64,000 bases of DNA. Source: an uncultured Chitinophagaceae bacterium. Its GTDB lineage: Bacteria; Bacteroidota; Bacteroidia; Chitinophagales; Chitinophagaceae. Where the stretch lies: the NCBI GenBank assembly GCA_963728145.1, contig CAVSJA010000001.1:393511-457510 (forward strand), read 5' to 3'. How positions within the stretch are numbered: position 1 is the first letter of the stretch; each line of letters begins with the position of its first letter. Under the pieces are notes generated by a model, which did no database searches, had not been told where the DNA came from, and was given only the letters and a program-made list of their open reading frames with translations. Shown piece by piece: positions 36,964 to 46,617 of this stretch. A program made the translations under genes and the position numbers.

Positions 36964-38172
36964 TTATCCGGTTAATTGAGGCGACAATTTAATTGGAAAG
37001 ACATTCTTCCCAAGTACTTCAGAAATCAGGTGCATTTGTTCACATGCTACTTTTTTCCATGATGTTTCCCTGGTTTTCAAAAAAGCATTATGTCGCATTT
37101 GCTTTCTCAACGCTTCATTTTGTAAAAGACTGATCGCACTTTCAGCTAATTGATGGTCCTTCCCCGGTTCGAGGATGATACCAGTTTTTTCATCCAACAT
37201 CTCGTTTGCCAACACAAATGAATTTGAAATAATGGGACAACCCGCACTCATAGCATAGAGGAATGTACCACTTACAGCCTGGTAGGGATCCTTCGAAGTA
37301 AACAGGTAAATGTCTGTCAATGCCAGATACTCCATAAGTTTTGCGGTCGGCGCGTACTCATTTATTAACCGTACATTTTTCTGAAGATCATTATCATCAA
37401 TTAATTGTTGTAGAAAATTCCTGTATTTCTCACCTTCCTGCTTCAAGAGGTTAGGATGAGTATTTCCTAAAACAACGTATATCGCTTCAGGAAACTTCAA
37501 ACTGATCTCTTTCATTGCTATAATGCCCTTCTCTATTCCCTTGTTGGGGCTTAATAAGCCAAAGGTGGTTAGCACCAACTTGTTTGCGAGGTTGTACTTT
37601 GATTTCAATTCCTCGGCGCTGATGGTGCTGTTCGTATGTGTTCCATGTGGTATAATGCAGATCTTATTCGGGTTCACCTGGTAGTCTTCCCTGAGTAATC
37701 TGGCTGAATGCTCCGTCATCACAATTATTTTTTCCGAGAGCATTGCGATAGATTGAACGATTTTGACCCTTTTTGGATCAGCGCCAGGTAAAACGGTATG
37801 AAACCTGACAATAAAGGGCTTATTAATCAGTGCCATAAAACCCAGCAGGTATTCACCCAAATACCCGCCATACAAACCAAATTCATGTTCAATGCAAATG
37901 AGACGAATGGAAGGATCCCTATTGATAATGCCCGCGGCGTCAATACAGGAATCAAGTTGATGACCATCCATAATCATACTTACCGGAGAATCATAAAAAC
38001 CTACATCAACTTTTTTATCCAGGGAACATACACTTATTGGGAATTGTCTTTTAGTTTCAGGTGTAATGGCATTTACCAGGTCCGATGTAAAACTGGCTAT
38101 TCCGCATTTCACCGGAGGAAATGTACTAATGAATAGAATCCCAGATTGTGGAACAGATTTAATCATGAACAT
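36964..38172 (-). CDS. GT4 (group 1) glycosyltransferase
   Basis: GT-B C-terminal region (YLALTDIYLFTSKDPYQAVSGTFLYAMSAGCPIIS), first gene of the minus-strand operon. Confidence 0.75.
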   Translation of the reverse strand: MFMIKSVPQSGILFISTFPPVKCGIASFTSDLVNAITPETKRQFPISVCSLDKKVDVGFYDSPVSMIMDGHQLDSCIDAAGIINRDPSIRLICIEHEFGLYGGYLGEYLLGFMALINKPFIVRFHTVLPGADPKRVKIVQSIAMLSEKIIVMTEHSARLLREDYQVNPNKICIIPHGTHTNSTISAEELKSKYNLANKLVLTTFGLLSPNKGIEKGIIAMKEISLKFPEAIYVVLGNTHPNLLKQEGEKYRNFLQQLIDDNDLQKNVRLINEYAPTAKLMEYLALTDIYLFTSKDPYQAVSGTFLYAMSAGCPIISNSFVLANEMLDEKTGIILEPGKDHQLAESAISLLQNEALRKQMRHNAFLKTRETSWKKVACEQMHLISEVLGKNVFPIKLSPQLTG

Positions 38173-38450
38173 TATTTAGATAGTAAGAAAATTGCAGTAA
38201 TAATTTATTTACTGCCTAACAAAAACAAAACCTTAAATCCTTTTAAACAATAAACAGAGAAAAACAGTCAAGAATTGCTTAAAACGGTTGGGCAAGGGAG
38301 AAGAAGCAGGAAGAAGGTCTTATATCGCTAAAGGTAACTTAATTAATGCGGGATACCTATTATATTAATTGGATGATAATTGCCAATCAAAGTCAGAAAT
38401 TAATTGAGTTTGATTCATTTGAATTTTTCTTTCTCATACATTTTATCATA

Positions 38451-38484
38451 TAAAATAAAAACCCTCCCTTTGCAAGCGGGAGGG
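38451..38484 (-). terminator. rho-independent terminator of the thioredoxin-like gene
   Basis: Minus-strand CCCTCCC-(9 nt)-GGGAGGG followed by TTTTTATTTTAT, 28 nt after the stop. Confidence 0.8.
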
Positions 38485-38512
38485 AAAGGATAATTCGATT
38501 TTATTACGGGGA

Positions 38513-39118
38513 CTAAATTCGTTTGATGCTACAGCCCACACTCTTACTTTGCTTTACACTCACATCCTTGCCGTTTGAAGCTTCATCAATAGCTTCTTTG
38601 AGGTGCTTACGGCTTACATTAGCCGCATTATTTGGACTGTCATCAATCGCTCCATGATACACCAGCTTACCATTCTTGTCAAACAGGAAACATTCCGGAG
38701 TCCTGTTTGCACCGAATGCGTCAGCAAGCTCATTGTTCTTGTCAACTGCATAGGTCCACTTATAGCCCTGGCCCTTCGCATATTCTTTCATTGCTTCATA
38801 GGAATCATCATCACTGCGGGTACCTTCATTTGAATTGAGGAGCACCACACCAACTTTCTTGTCCAATGCATACTGGCAGATCTCTTTAGTCCTGTCCTGG
38901 TGCTTGATCACAACGGGGCAGGTATTGCAACTAAACATGACCAGCAAGCCATTCTCTTTCACAGAACCTTTCAAAGTAACTTCCTGTCCACTGATATCTT
39001 TCATCTTAACATCAGGCTTGGGAATTGCGGCTCCCAATGGAAGTGGATCCTCAGTTATTTTGAATGCGGAAATAATTATGGCGGTTAAAAGCAGAGAGAA
39101 TAATAAGAGCTTTTTCAT
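38513..39118 (-). CDS. thioredoxin-fold (TlpA/redoxin-like) thiol-disulfide oxidoreductase
   Basis: Signal peptide MKKLLLFSLLL, CXXC as FSCNTCPVV. Confidence 0.8.
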   Translation of the reverse strand: MKKLLLFSLLLTAIIISAFKITEDPLPLGAAIPKPDVKMKDISGQEVTLKGSVKENGLLVMFSCNTCPVVIKHQDRTKEICQYALDKKVGVVLLNSNEGTRSDDDSYEAMKEYAKGQGYKWTYAVDKNNELADAFGANRTPECFLFDKNGKLVYHGAIDDSPNNAANVSRKHLKEAIDEASNGKDVSVKQSKSVGCSIKRI

Positions 39119-39195
39119 ATCAAGTGGTTTTATATGAGAAAAGATAACAAAAATCCTGTTATGCAATCGGTTGATTTTTTCGGATGGCTGTTAGA

Positions 39196-40206
39196 TTATT
39201 TGACTGGTTCAACCGGCTTGGCAGCCTCTGCTTCTTCCCGCAATTTTTGTTCCGCTTCATGCCTGGCACGTTCCTCAGCCATGGCTTTGATAGAATGTAT
39301 GCTTACATTTAATTCATAACCAATCAATAGGATGAGTGAATTAAAATAAATAAGCAACATTAAAATTAGAATGGTCCCTATAGATCCATACACCCTGTTA
39401 TAGGTGCCGAAATTGTTTACCCAGTATGAAAAACCAAAAGTTAAAAGAATAATAAGCGTGGTTGTAAGGATTGCACCCGGGGAGGAAAGCCTCCACCTTT
39501 TATGAACGGCTGGTGCATACTTGTAAATGAATGCAATGGAGTAAAAGAACATGGCGAGAATGATCAATGAACGGACAAGCCTGATCATCCATCTTGTTGT
39601 TTCATCTTTTACGCTCAGCCATTCAAAAATTGCTCTCAAAATAACACCTTGAGTTGTCACTAATACAACAACCGTCGCGATCACCATCAACACTAATACC
39701 GTAGTAAGCTTGATCGCCATCCATCGCTCCTGGAAATAATTTCGTTTATTGCTATAGATGAGGGAACGGTTAAATGAATGCATGATGCCGATCACTGCGT
39801 TCGAAGCATAATAGATGGCAACTACAAAGCCGATAGAAAGCAGGCTGCTTCTCTCTTTAAATAAAAAATCATCCAGAAAGCCTTTTATCAGTTCATAAGT
39901 ATTCGCGTTGGGGGTTAGGTCTCGCGTCAATACCAGTATTTGATTGGCGATCTCTTTTGAAATGAAGGGCATGTAGGGGATAAGTGTACAAAGAAAGATG
40001 GTTGCGGCCGGAATTGCCATGAGCAGGTTGAATGAAATCGCAGCGGCCCTTTCGTTTAAACCAACTTTTTTAACCTGGCTCAAGAAAAAAACGATCACGT
40101 CGTAAAGCGGAACACCTTCGAAACCCGGTAAAATAATCTTCTTACTCTTTTCTGTCAGAAACCGAATAAAGGGGAGATTTAATATGAACCTTTCGATTTT
40201 CGTCAT
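39196..40206 (-). CDS. YihY/BrkB family membrane protein
   Basis: Six-TM architecture with AAAISFNLLMAIPA and YGSIGTILILMLLIYF motifs. Confidence 0.8.
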   Translation of the reverse strand: MTKIERFILNLPFIRFLTEKSKKIILPGFEGVPLYDVIVFFLSQVKKVGLNERAAAISFNLLMAIPAATIFLCTLIPYMPFISKEIANQILVLTRDLTPNANTYELIKGFLDDFLFKERSSLLSIGFVVAIYYASNAVIGIMHSFNRSLIYSNKRNYFQERWMAIKLTTVLVLMVIATVVVLVTTQGVILRAIFEWLSVKDETTRWMIRLVRSLIILAMFFYSIAFIYKYAPAVHKRWRLSSPGAILTTTLIILLTFGFSYWVNNFGTYNRVYGSIGTILILMLLIYFNSLILLIGYELNVSIHSIKAMAEERARHEAEQKLREEAEAAKPVEPVK

Positions 40207-41267
40207 CTGGGTGTATCGGTTTCTTCTTTTGCGCGCTTACCTTTCTGTTCCTCCCTGTTCAATGCTTCCTGAAATTCTTTTGCGTATTTCAGGTGTTGCT
40301 CATATGTGTCACTAAATACATGCTTGCCCGAAAAATCGCTTTTGGCTACGAAATATAAATAATTTGTTTGAGGTGAGTTCAATACCGCATCAAGTGTTAC
40401 AAGTGATGGCGTGCAAATAGGTCCGGGGGGAAGACCGGAATAACGATAGGTATTATAAGGTGACTCAGCCAACAAATGCTTTTCATAAATCCTTTTCAAT
40501 CCAAAATTCCTCAAGGCAAATTTTACCGTGGGATCTGCCTGCAAGCGCATTCCTTTCCTATAACGGTTCAAATAAACGCTGGCAATTGCTCCCTTCTCAT
40601 CGTTATTATTTGTTTCTTCTTCTATAATGGATGCGACGGTATAAGCCTGCGATTTGTTCAATCCAAGCCGATCGGCCTGACTTATTCTTGCCTGGTTCCA
40701 AACTTTCTCATGCTCAGAATTTAATTTTTTGAAGATGGCTGTAGGAGTGGTGTTCCAAAAATAAGTATAAGTGTTTGGAAAGATTGAAGACATCACCGTA
40801 TTGGTATCCAGCCCATATCTTTTCAACGTATCATTATTGTTCAGGTAGCTAAGAAAAGTCACCGAATCGGTTTCGAGTTTTCTTCCAATAAGACCTGCTA
40901 GGTCTTCCTTTGTACGAAGTTTTGTAATCGTGAGATTTACCGGGCTCTGATTTCCATTTTTTAACATACGAACCAATGTTAAGAGGCTCATGCCATCCTG
41001 TATTTCATACCGACCGGCTTTCACTGATTCCGGGTAACCTCTCATTCTTGCCAGGCGATCAAACCATGTTGTACTACTCAGTACGCCTTTTTGCTCAAGA
41101 TTCTGCTTTACAGATTCATATTTTTCACCCGTATGCACATAGAAATATTTGCCTTCGGGTTGCTTCGCCGATGGTCCCAACACTTTCCAACCAATAAATG
41201 CGGCTACTATAAGAACAAGAGTAATTACAACAAGAACGATTTTCCTTAGCATAAGAAATGGATTCAA
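40203..41267 (-). CDS. mltG: endolytic murein transglycosylase MltG (YceG-like)
   Basis: N-terminal TM, LysM-like region, catalytic region ASIIEEET and PGPICTPS. Confidence 0.85.
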   Translation of the reverse strand: MNPFLMLRKIVLVVITLVLIVAAFIGWKVLGPSAKQPEGKYFYVHTGEKYESVKQNLEQKGVLSSTTWFDRLARMRGYPESVKAGRYEIQDGMSLLTLVRMLKNGNQSPVNLTITKLRTKEDLAGLIGRKLETDSVTFLSYLNNNDTLKRYGLDTNTVMSSIFPNTYTYFWNTTPTAIFKKLNSEHEKVWNQARISQADRLGLNKSQAYTVASIIEEETNNNDEKGAIASVYLNRYRKGMRLQADPTVKFALRNFGLKRIYEKHLLAESPYNTYRYSGLPPGPICTPSLVTLDAVLNSPQTNYLYFVAKSDFSGKHVFSDTYEQHLKYAKEFQEALNREEQKGKRAKEETDTPR

Positions 41268-41322
41268 CTAGTAAAATAACTAAAAAACCGTTCTATTTCA
41301 ACAGGATTGATCCTATGATCTG

Positions 41323-41378
41323 CTGTTCTTCTGTTCCTCTGTTCCTCTGTTCTTCTGTTGCTCTGTTCTTCTGTTCCT
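41323..41378. repeat. tandem octamer array (CTGTTCNT)x7
   Basis: Seven exact-period 8-nt units, preceded by tgatctg as in the 6137 and 23998 elements. Confidence 0.9.
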
Positions 41379-41390
41379 CGGGTCATCCAT

Positions 41391-41417
41391 AAAAAAACCC
41401 CACTATACATAGCGGGG
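41391..41417 (-). terminator. rho-independent terminator of secG
   Basis: Minus-strand CCCCGCTA-TGTA-TAGTGGGG followed by TTTTTTTAT. Confidence 0.8.
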
Positions 41418-41438
41418 TCAACAATTTGTTTGAGTTAA

Positions 41439-41774
41439 CTATCTCGGTTGCGCCGGGGGTTGTTGTTGTCCGCCTCCAGGAAGTACTGGTGTTTGTTGCT
41501 GTGTTGTACCAGGACGAGCGCCAGAGCCGGGTGCATTTGTGCTTCCTCCATCTGGAATAAAGAAAGTAGAAAAGAGGCAAAGCAATGCGATCACGATTGC
41601 GAGCAGCCAGGTACCTTTTTCCAGCACATCAGTGGTTTGCTTAACACCCATGAATTGGGAATTGAATCCAGCGATCGTTCCTGAAAGTCCGCCACCTTTA
41701 GGGTTTTGAATGAGGATGAAAAAACCTATCGCAGCCGAAGCAAGGACCAACAGGATCAAAAACAACAATACCAT
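41439..41774 (-). CDS. secG: preprotein translocase subunit SecG
   Basis: LIQNPKGGGLSG signature, two TM helices, Gly/Pro/Gln-rich tail. Confidence 0.85.
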   Translation of the reverse strand: MVLLFLILLVLASAAIGFFILIQNPKGGGLSGTIAGFNSQFMGVKQTTDVLEKGTWLLAIVIALLCLFSTFFIPDGGSTNAPGSGARPGTTQQQTPVLPGGGQQQPPAQPR

Positions 41775-41775
41775 A

Positions 41776-43140
41776 TCAATTCGCTTTTAATTGTTCAATT
41801 TTGGCTGCAAAGTAATGGCTTTTGTCAGGATTAGACAAACTTAATTTCTCGTAAATACTGATGGCTTTGGTAATATTTCCCTGCTTTGCCCAAACCTCTG
41901 CCATCGTCTCAGTTTCAATCTCTTTGCCCTCAATTGATTCATCAGCTTTCTTGCGAATGGTCGCACTATCGCCGGGTTCAACTTCCAGGCTTTGCGGGCT
42001 CTTTGAACCGGGTATCTTCTTCATGCTCCGAAGCCAATCGGTAAAGCTTTTTAATTGCTTTCCGAACTTATCCTTTTCGAGGTCCTCTTGCTTTAGTTTG
42101 ATGCCCTGTGAGGCGAAATAATCGATGGTGTGATAAGGCTCAAATGAAAGGTCATCTGTTGAAGCAGTCTTTTCCACATCCTCGGGACCTTTTTCTATCA
42201 GGTCCGAGGGTACTGGCGTAGTAAGTTCAGATTGGGGTTGATCCTGCACTTCGGAAACAAACGCGGGATACTTACTTAAATCGTTATCGATGGATTCTGA
42301 TTCGTCTTTTTTTATCTCGCTTCTTTGTTCTTCCGCATGACCATTCTCCCCGTATTTAACTGCTGTTTCATTTTTAAATCCGGCACTCTCAGAAATTTCG
42401 GATTCAATTGGAGCAGGTTCTTCTCTTTCTTCTTGTTTTCGCTCCTCAGGTATAAAACCAGTATTTTCTACAAGCTCATCATCAAATGTATTCGTTCCTT
42501 CTTTTCCAGGTTCAGCGACTGCATGTTCAATCTGCTCATTTGTATCATGAACCCAGGTTTCTTCATTTACTTCTTTCGATGATTCAGCATCAATCAAAGG
42601 TTTTTCCTCAACGTGCTCCTCCATTCTATAAGAATCGTCTATACCTGATTGTTTGGGTGCATCCGAAACAAAACCAATGTTTTCATTTATCTCGTCATCA
42701 AATTCCTCAGCCATCTCTTCTTCGATTGTAATTTCTTCTACTATCACATCGTTGGTTTCTTCTGCAGGAACCTTTTCATTCAAAATTTCATCTGCCTTTT
42801 CCTCCTGGATAGTTTCTTCTTCCGGAATTGCTTCTGCAATCAACGGATCAGTTGGGGGAGGAGTATCTCTGATTTGTTCTTCGTTACTATTGTCCCGAAC
42901 ATGTTCCATGCTGATCAACCAATCGAACCAAAGAGGATTGTTGAAATACAAAACTGATTTTGCGGCTTGCGTTTCGAAGCCTTCGGTCTTACTCTGTCTT
43001 AATTTTTTTGCAAGCAATAACTGCCCGATGGGAGAGTAGGGATATTTTTCGGTAAAATCCCTCAGGGTTTGTTCAGAAACATCACCGAGTGAATTTTTCT
43101 GGAAAAGCTGACGGATCACTGTGTTCAGTTGATCTTGCAT
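41776..43140 (-). CDS. highly acidic repeat protein with TPR-like C-terminus, unknown function
   Basis: Long Glu/Asp-rich middle with recurring xNxGF segments (ENIGFVSD, ENTGFIPE, ESAGFKNE). C-terminal AISIYEKLSLSNPDKSHYFAAKIEQL. Confidence 0.5.
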   Translation of the reverse strand: MQDQLNTVIRQLFQKNSLGDVSEQTLRDFTEKYPYSPIGQLLLAKKLRQSKTEGFETQAAKSVLYFNNPLWFDWLISMEHVRDNSNEEQIRDTPPPTDPLIAEAIPEEETIQEEKADEILNEKVPAEETNDVIVEEITIEEEMAEEFDDEINENIGFVSDAPKQSGIDDSYRMEEHVEEKPLIDAESSKEVNEETWVHDTNEQIEHAVAEPGKEGTNTFDDELVENTGFIPEERKQEEREEPAPIESEISESAGFKNETAVKYGENGHAEEQRSEIKKDESESIDNDLSKYPAFVSEVQDQPQSELTTPVPSDLIEKGPEDVEKTASTDDLSFEPYHTIDYFASQGIKLKQEDLEKDKFGKQLKSFTDWLRSMKKIPGSKSPQSLEVEPGDSATIRKKADESIEGKEIETETMAEVWAKQGNITKAISIYEKLSLSNPDKSHYFAAKIEQLKAN

Positions 43141-43147
43141 TTGATCG

Positions 43148-43756
43148 CTACCAGTTTGAGAAAATCTTATTGAATATTTCGTCCACCATGTTTTGGATAA
43201 TTGAAGGGGTCAACTCCGTCTCCGCCTGGCTAAGGCTCAAGCTGGCTGAAAAGTCGAAATTACGGGAAACAGTGGTTTCAAAATTTTTTGTTGCATCTAA
43301 GCGATTTTTAAAAACAAGCCTCACGGTCACGATCAGACGGTTAGTGGCCGCTTGTTGTTGTGAAATACCAGAAGTGGTTACATCATACCCGGTTATTTCG
43401 CCTGAAATATCGTAGTCAGGACTTTCGTTTTGAACGAGCGTCAATCTTGTTTGATTATTGATCTTTTGCCTGAGTTTATCAGTTAATTGGGGGGCCAATT
43501 GCGGATTCCTATATCTTGCTCTATTCTCAAAATAAGAAACCTTGGCTGTCTTAATTTCTGGTGGGATGGATATGTCTCTTGTCTTATATGAAACATGACA
43601 GGAAGAAGCGCCCATGAGGACGAAAATCCAAACAGGCAATAGGCAATAGAAAAAGCACAAGCGCTTCCGACTTACAAAACGATTAGTCAAAGTCCTTGAA
43701 TCAATCGTCGGAAAGGCTTGCGCGAGAGGCAATTTGAAATTACTCCTTGATATCAT
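43148..43756 (-). CDS. LptE family LPS-assembly lipoprotein candidate
   Basis: Lipoprotein-like MGASSCH, size and position upstream of secG as in other Bacteroidetes. The real start is probably internal. Confidence 0.5.
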   Translation of the reverse strand: MISRSNFKLPLAQAFPTIDSRTLTNRFVSRKRLCFFYCLLPVWIFVLMGASSCHVSYKTRDISIPPEIKTAKVSYFENRARYRNPQLAPQLTDKLRQKINNQTRLTLVQNESPDYDISGEITGYDVTTSGISQQQAATNRLIVTVRLVFKNRLDATKNFETTVSRNFDFSASLSLSQAETELTPSIIQNMVDEIFNKIFSNW

Positions 43757-44975
43757 ACTCCTTCAACTTTCTATACAAAGTACGTTCACTTATTCCAAGA
43801 TCCGAAGCCGCATCCTTTCTTTTTCCTTTGTGTTTTTTAAGTGCTTTTATGATAAGTTCTTTCTCCTTATCCATAATGTTCAGGGATTCCTCCACTTCTT
43901 CATGGTGTTGAATATCGTTATCCCTGTGAATCACCATCGGCTGAGCCATACTTACTTGTGGTTGCATCACCGCCGGCTGTCGCTGATCCGCTAATTGCAA
44001 TTCCTTGAATTCAGTTACGATCGCCGGATTCTGGACAACCATTCCCGGATTCTGCAGGATCTCAACAAACATCTTTTTCAGTTCCGTTACATCCTTCTTC
44101 ATATCAAAAAAGAGCTTGTACAGAATCTCTCTTTCATTAGTGAATTCATGTCCGTTTGTTTGCGAATGTGCCAATACCGGTAAACGGTTGAATTCACGCT
44201 CAGGTAAAAATCTTCTTAATTGTTTCGCGCTGATTTGCTTATCCTGGCAAAGAACGGAAATCTGCTCTGCAATATTCTTCAATTCACGAACATTGCCCGG
44301 CCAGGGATAATTAATTAACAGATTTTTCGCTTCATCATCCAATTGAACAGGAGCTGCTTTATATTTGTCTGCAAAATCAGCAGCAAATTTTCGGAATAAT
44401 AGATGAATATCTTCTTTCCGGTCACGTAAAGCAGGCACACGAATAGGGACAGTACTCAAACGGTAATAAAGATCTTCTCTGAATCTTCCCTGTTGTGATA
44501 ATTCAAGCAGATCTTTGTTTGAAGCAGCGATCACTCGTACATCTGTTTTCTGAACTTTAGAAGAACCTACACGAATAAATTCACCTGTTTCCAGAACCCG
44601 TAGTAATCGTGCCTGTGTTCCCAATGGCAATTCACCAATTTCATCGAGAAAGATCGTTCCTCCATTTACCGTTTCAAAATATCCTTTTCGGCTATCCACT
44701 GCACCGGTAAAGGATCCCTTTTCATGACCGAATAATTCGGAATCGATCGTTCCTTCGGGAATCGCACCGCAGTTTACAGCAATGAATGGATTATGTTTTC
44801 TTGCGGAAAGCGAATGAATGATCTGTGAGAAAACTTCTTTACCAACACCACTTTCTCCATAGATCAATACAGTGAGATCCGTATTGGCAACCTGCGCGGC
44901 TACCTGCAATGCATAGTTCAGCGCCGGTGAATTGCCAATTATGCCAAATCGATTTTTTATTGATTGAATTTCCAT
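43740..44975 (-). CDS. sigma-54-dependent activator (AAA+ + Fis-type HTH, no sensory or receiver domain)
   Basis: GESGVGKE, GHEKGSFTGA, IFLDEIGE, C-terminal HTH GISERTLYRKLKEY. The AAA+ domain starts within ~20 aa of the N-terminus. Confidence 0.85.
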   Translation of the reverse strand: MEIQSIKNRFGIIGNSPALNYALQVAAQVANTDLTVLIYGESGVGKEVFSQIIHSLSARKHNPFIAVNCGAIPEGTIDSELFGHEKGSFTGAVDSRKGYFETVNGGTIFLDEIGELPLGTQARLLRVLETGEFIRVGSSKVQKTDVRVIAASNKDLLELSQQGRFREDLYYRLSTVPIRVPALRDRKEDIHLLFRKFAADFADKYKAAPVQLDDEAKNLLINYPWPGNVRELKNIAEQISVLCQDKQISAKQLRRFLPEREFNRLPVLAHSQTNGHEFTNEREILYKLFFDMKKDVTELKKMFVEILQNPGMVVQNPAIVTEFKELQLADQRQPAVMQPQVSMAQPMVIHRDNDIQHHEEVEESLNIMDKEKELIIKALKKHKGKRKDAASDLGISERTLYRKLKEYDIKE

Positions 44976-45001
44976 CTTCTTTAATAAGACCTTAAAAATT
45001 A

Positions 45002-46441
45002 TTAGAGAGCCTTACCCAGTAACGTCGCCTGGGTACAATCCTCCACTTTTACCATAACATAATCTCCTTTGGAAAAGTTGAGTCGTTCTTTCGGAAATAC
45101 AATTACTTTATTCTGGCTGGTTCTTCCCATCCAATGCCGATCACTTTTCTTGCTGTCGCCTTCAATCAACACCTTAAATATTTTTCCTATATCTCTTTTA
45201 TTACTTTCACGGGATAACAGACCCTGCAAATCAACAATTTCCTGCAATCTTCTTTTCTTCACTTCTTCCGGCACATCATCTTCATACCTTCGTTGAGCAA
45301 GGGTCCCCGGTCGTTCACTATAAAAGAACATATAGCTGAAATCATATCGGCAATATTCCATCATGCTTAAAGTATCCCTGTGATCTTCTTCTGTTTCGGT
45401 ACAAAATCCAGCAATAATATCCGAGCTGATGCCGCAATCAGGCATGATTTCTCTGATCCGGTTCACTTTTGCCATATACCATTCACGGGTATAAGTCCTG
45501 TTCATCAATTGCAATATCCTGGTTGAGCCACTTTGAACCGGAAGATGAATATAATTGCAGATATTTTCATACTTCGCCATCGTGTGCAATACTTCATCGG
45601 TGATGTCTTTCGGATGCGAAGTAGAAAACCGCACGCGCAGCACAGGTGAAATTAGTGCAACTTTTTCCAACAACATTGCAAAGGTGACAGGTAGCGCACC
45701 CCTACTCATTGAACTTAATTCGGGTGCCCAATAATAGCTATCTACATTCTGTCCTAGCAATGTTACTTCCTTATAACCTTCCTTCAAAAGGTCCATGCAT
45801 TCCTTGACTATTGATTCCGCATCTCGGCTTCTTTCCCTTCCTCTCGTAAACGGTACCACACAAAAGGAACACATATTGTTACAACCCCGCATGATGCTTA
45901 CAAAGGCGGTAACGCCATTACTATTCAAACGAACCGGTGATATATCCGCATAGGTTTCTTCACGGCTCAATAATACATTCACTGCTTTTTGTCCGCTTTC
46001 TGCTTCATCGATCAGCATTGGCAGACTGCGATAGGCATCGGGCCCGACTACTATATCAACCAGTTTTTCTTCTTCTAGAAATTTTGCTTTCAGTCGCTCC
46101 GCCATACAGCCCAAAACTCCGATCAATGCAGAAGGATTATTCTTTTTGACGACACGCAGGTCCTGCAATCGCTTACGAACTGTTTGTTCAGCCTTTTCGC
46201 GGATGGAACAGGTATTGAGAAGAATGAGGTCGGCTTCCTCAAAATTTCGGGTTGCCCCAAAGCCCTTTTCATTGAGGATGGAAGCCACAATCTCGCTGTC
46301 ACTGAAATTCATCTCGCATCCATAACTTTCAATATAGAACCGTTTCTGATACTTGTTCGTTTCCATTTCAAAGGGAGCATAAGCTTCCCCCTGGCGGGAT
46401 TCATCATGCACTTTATGATTCATCAAATCGACCATCCCCAA
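45002..46441 (-). CDS. miaB: tRNA-i6A37 methylthiotransferase MiaB
   Basis: UPF0004 cysteines (YGCEMN), radical-SAM [15 protein letters not shown] domain at the C-terminus. Confidence 0.95.
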   Translation of the reverse strand: MGMVDLMNHKVHDESRQGEAYAPFEMETNKYQKRFYIESYGCEMNFSDSEIVASILNEKGFGATRNFEEADLILLNTCSIREKAEQTVRKRLQDLRVVKKNNPSALIGVLGCMAERLKAKFLEEEKLVDIVVGPDAYRSLPMLIDEAESGQKAVNVLLSREETYADISPVRLNSNGVTAFVSIMRGCNNMCSFCVVPFTRGRERSRDAESIVKECMDLLKEGYKEVTLLGQNVDSYYWAPELSSMSRGALPVTFAMLLEKVALISPVLRVRFSTSHPKDITDEVLHTMAKYENICNYIHLPVQSGSTRILQLMNRTYTREWYMAKVNRIREIMPDCGISSDIIAGFCTETEEDHRDTLSMMEYCRYDFSYMFFYSERPGTLAQRRYEDDVPEEVKKRRLQEIVDLQGLLSRESNKRDIGKIFKVLIEGDSKKSDRHWMGRTSQNKVIVFPKERLNFSKGDYVMVKVEDCTQATLLGKAL

Positions 46442-46617
46442 TCAAAATTTAAGAGGGCAAAAATAAAGAAAAAATGACAGGTTGACAGGAAAGCTTTTCC
46501 TCAGTTTGTCGTCTATTCCCTTTGCTAATCAATAACTACCGTTTTTCAAATTGGTTATGAAGGTTAAACCCGATGGCTTAGTTTTGCAACCGATGCATAA
46601 GATCGGATCGTACACTG

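Noticed and set aside
46593-46617. Possible N-terminal frameshift in the TonB-dependent receptor (ATG at 46593 is out of frame with the main ORF)
   Set aside because: An in-frame TTG at 46585 or the GTG at 46618 gives a plausible signal peptide without invoking a frameshift.
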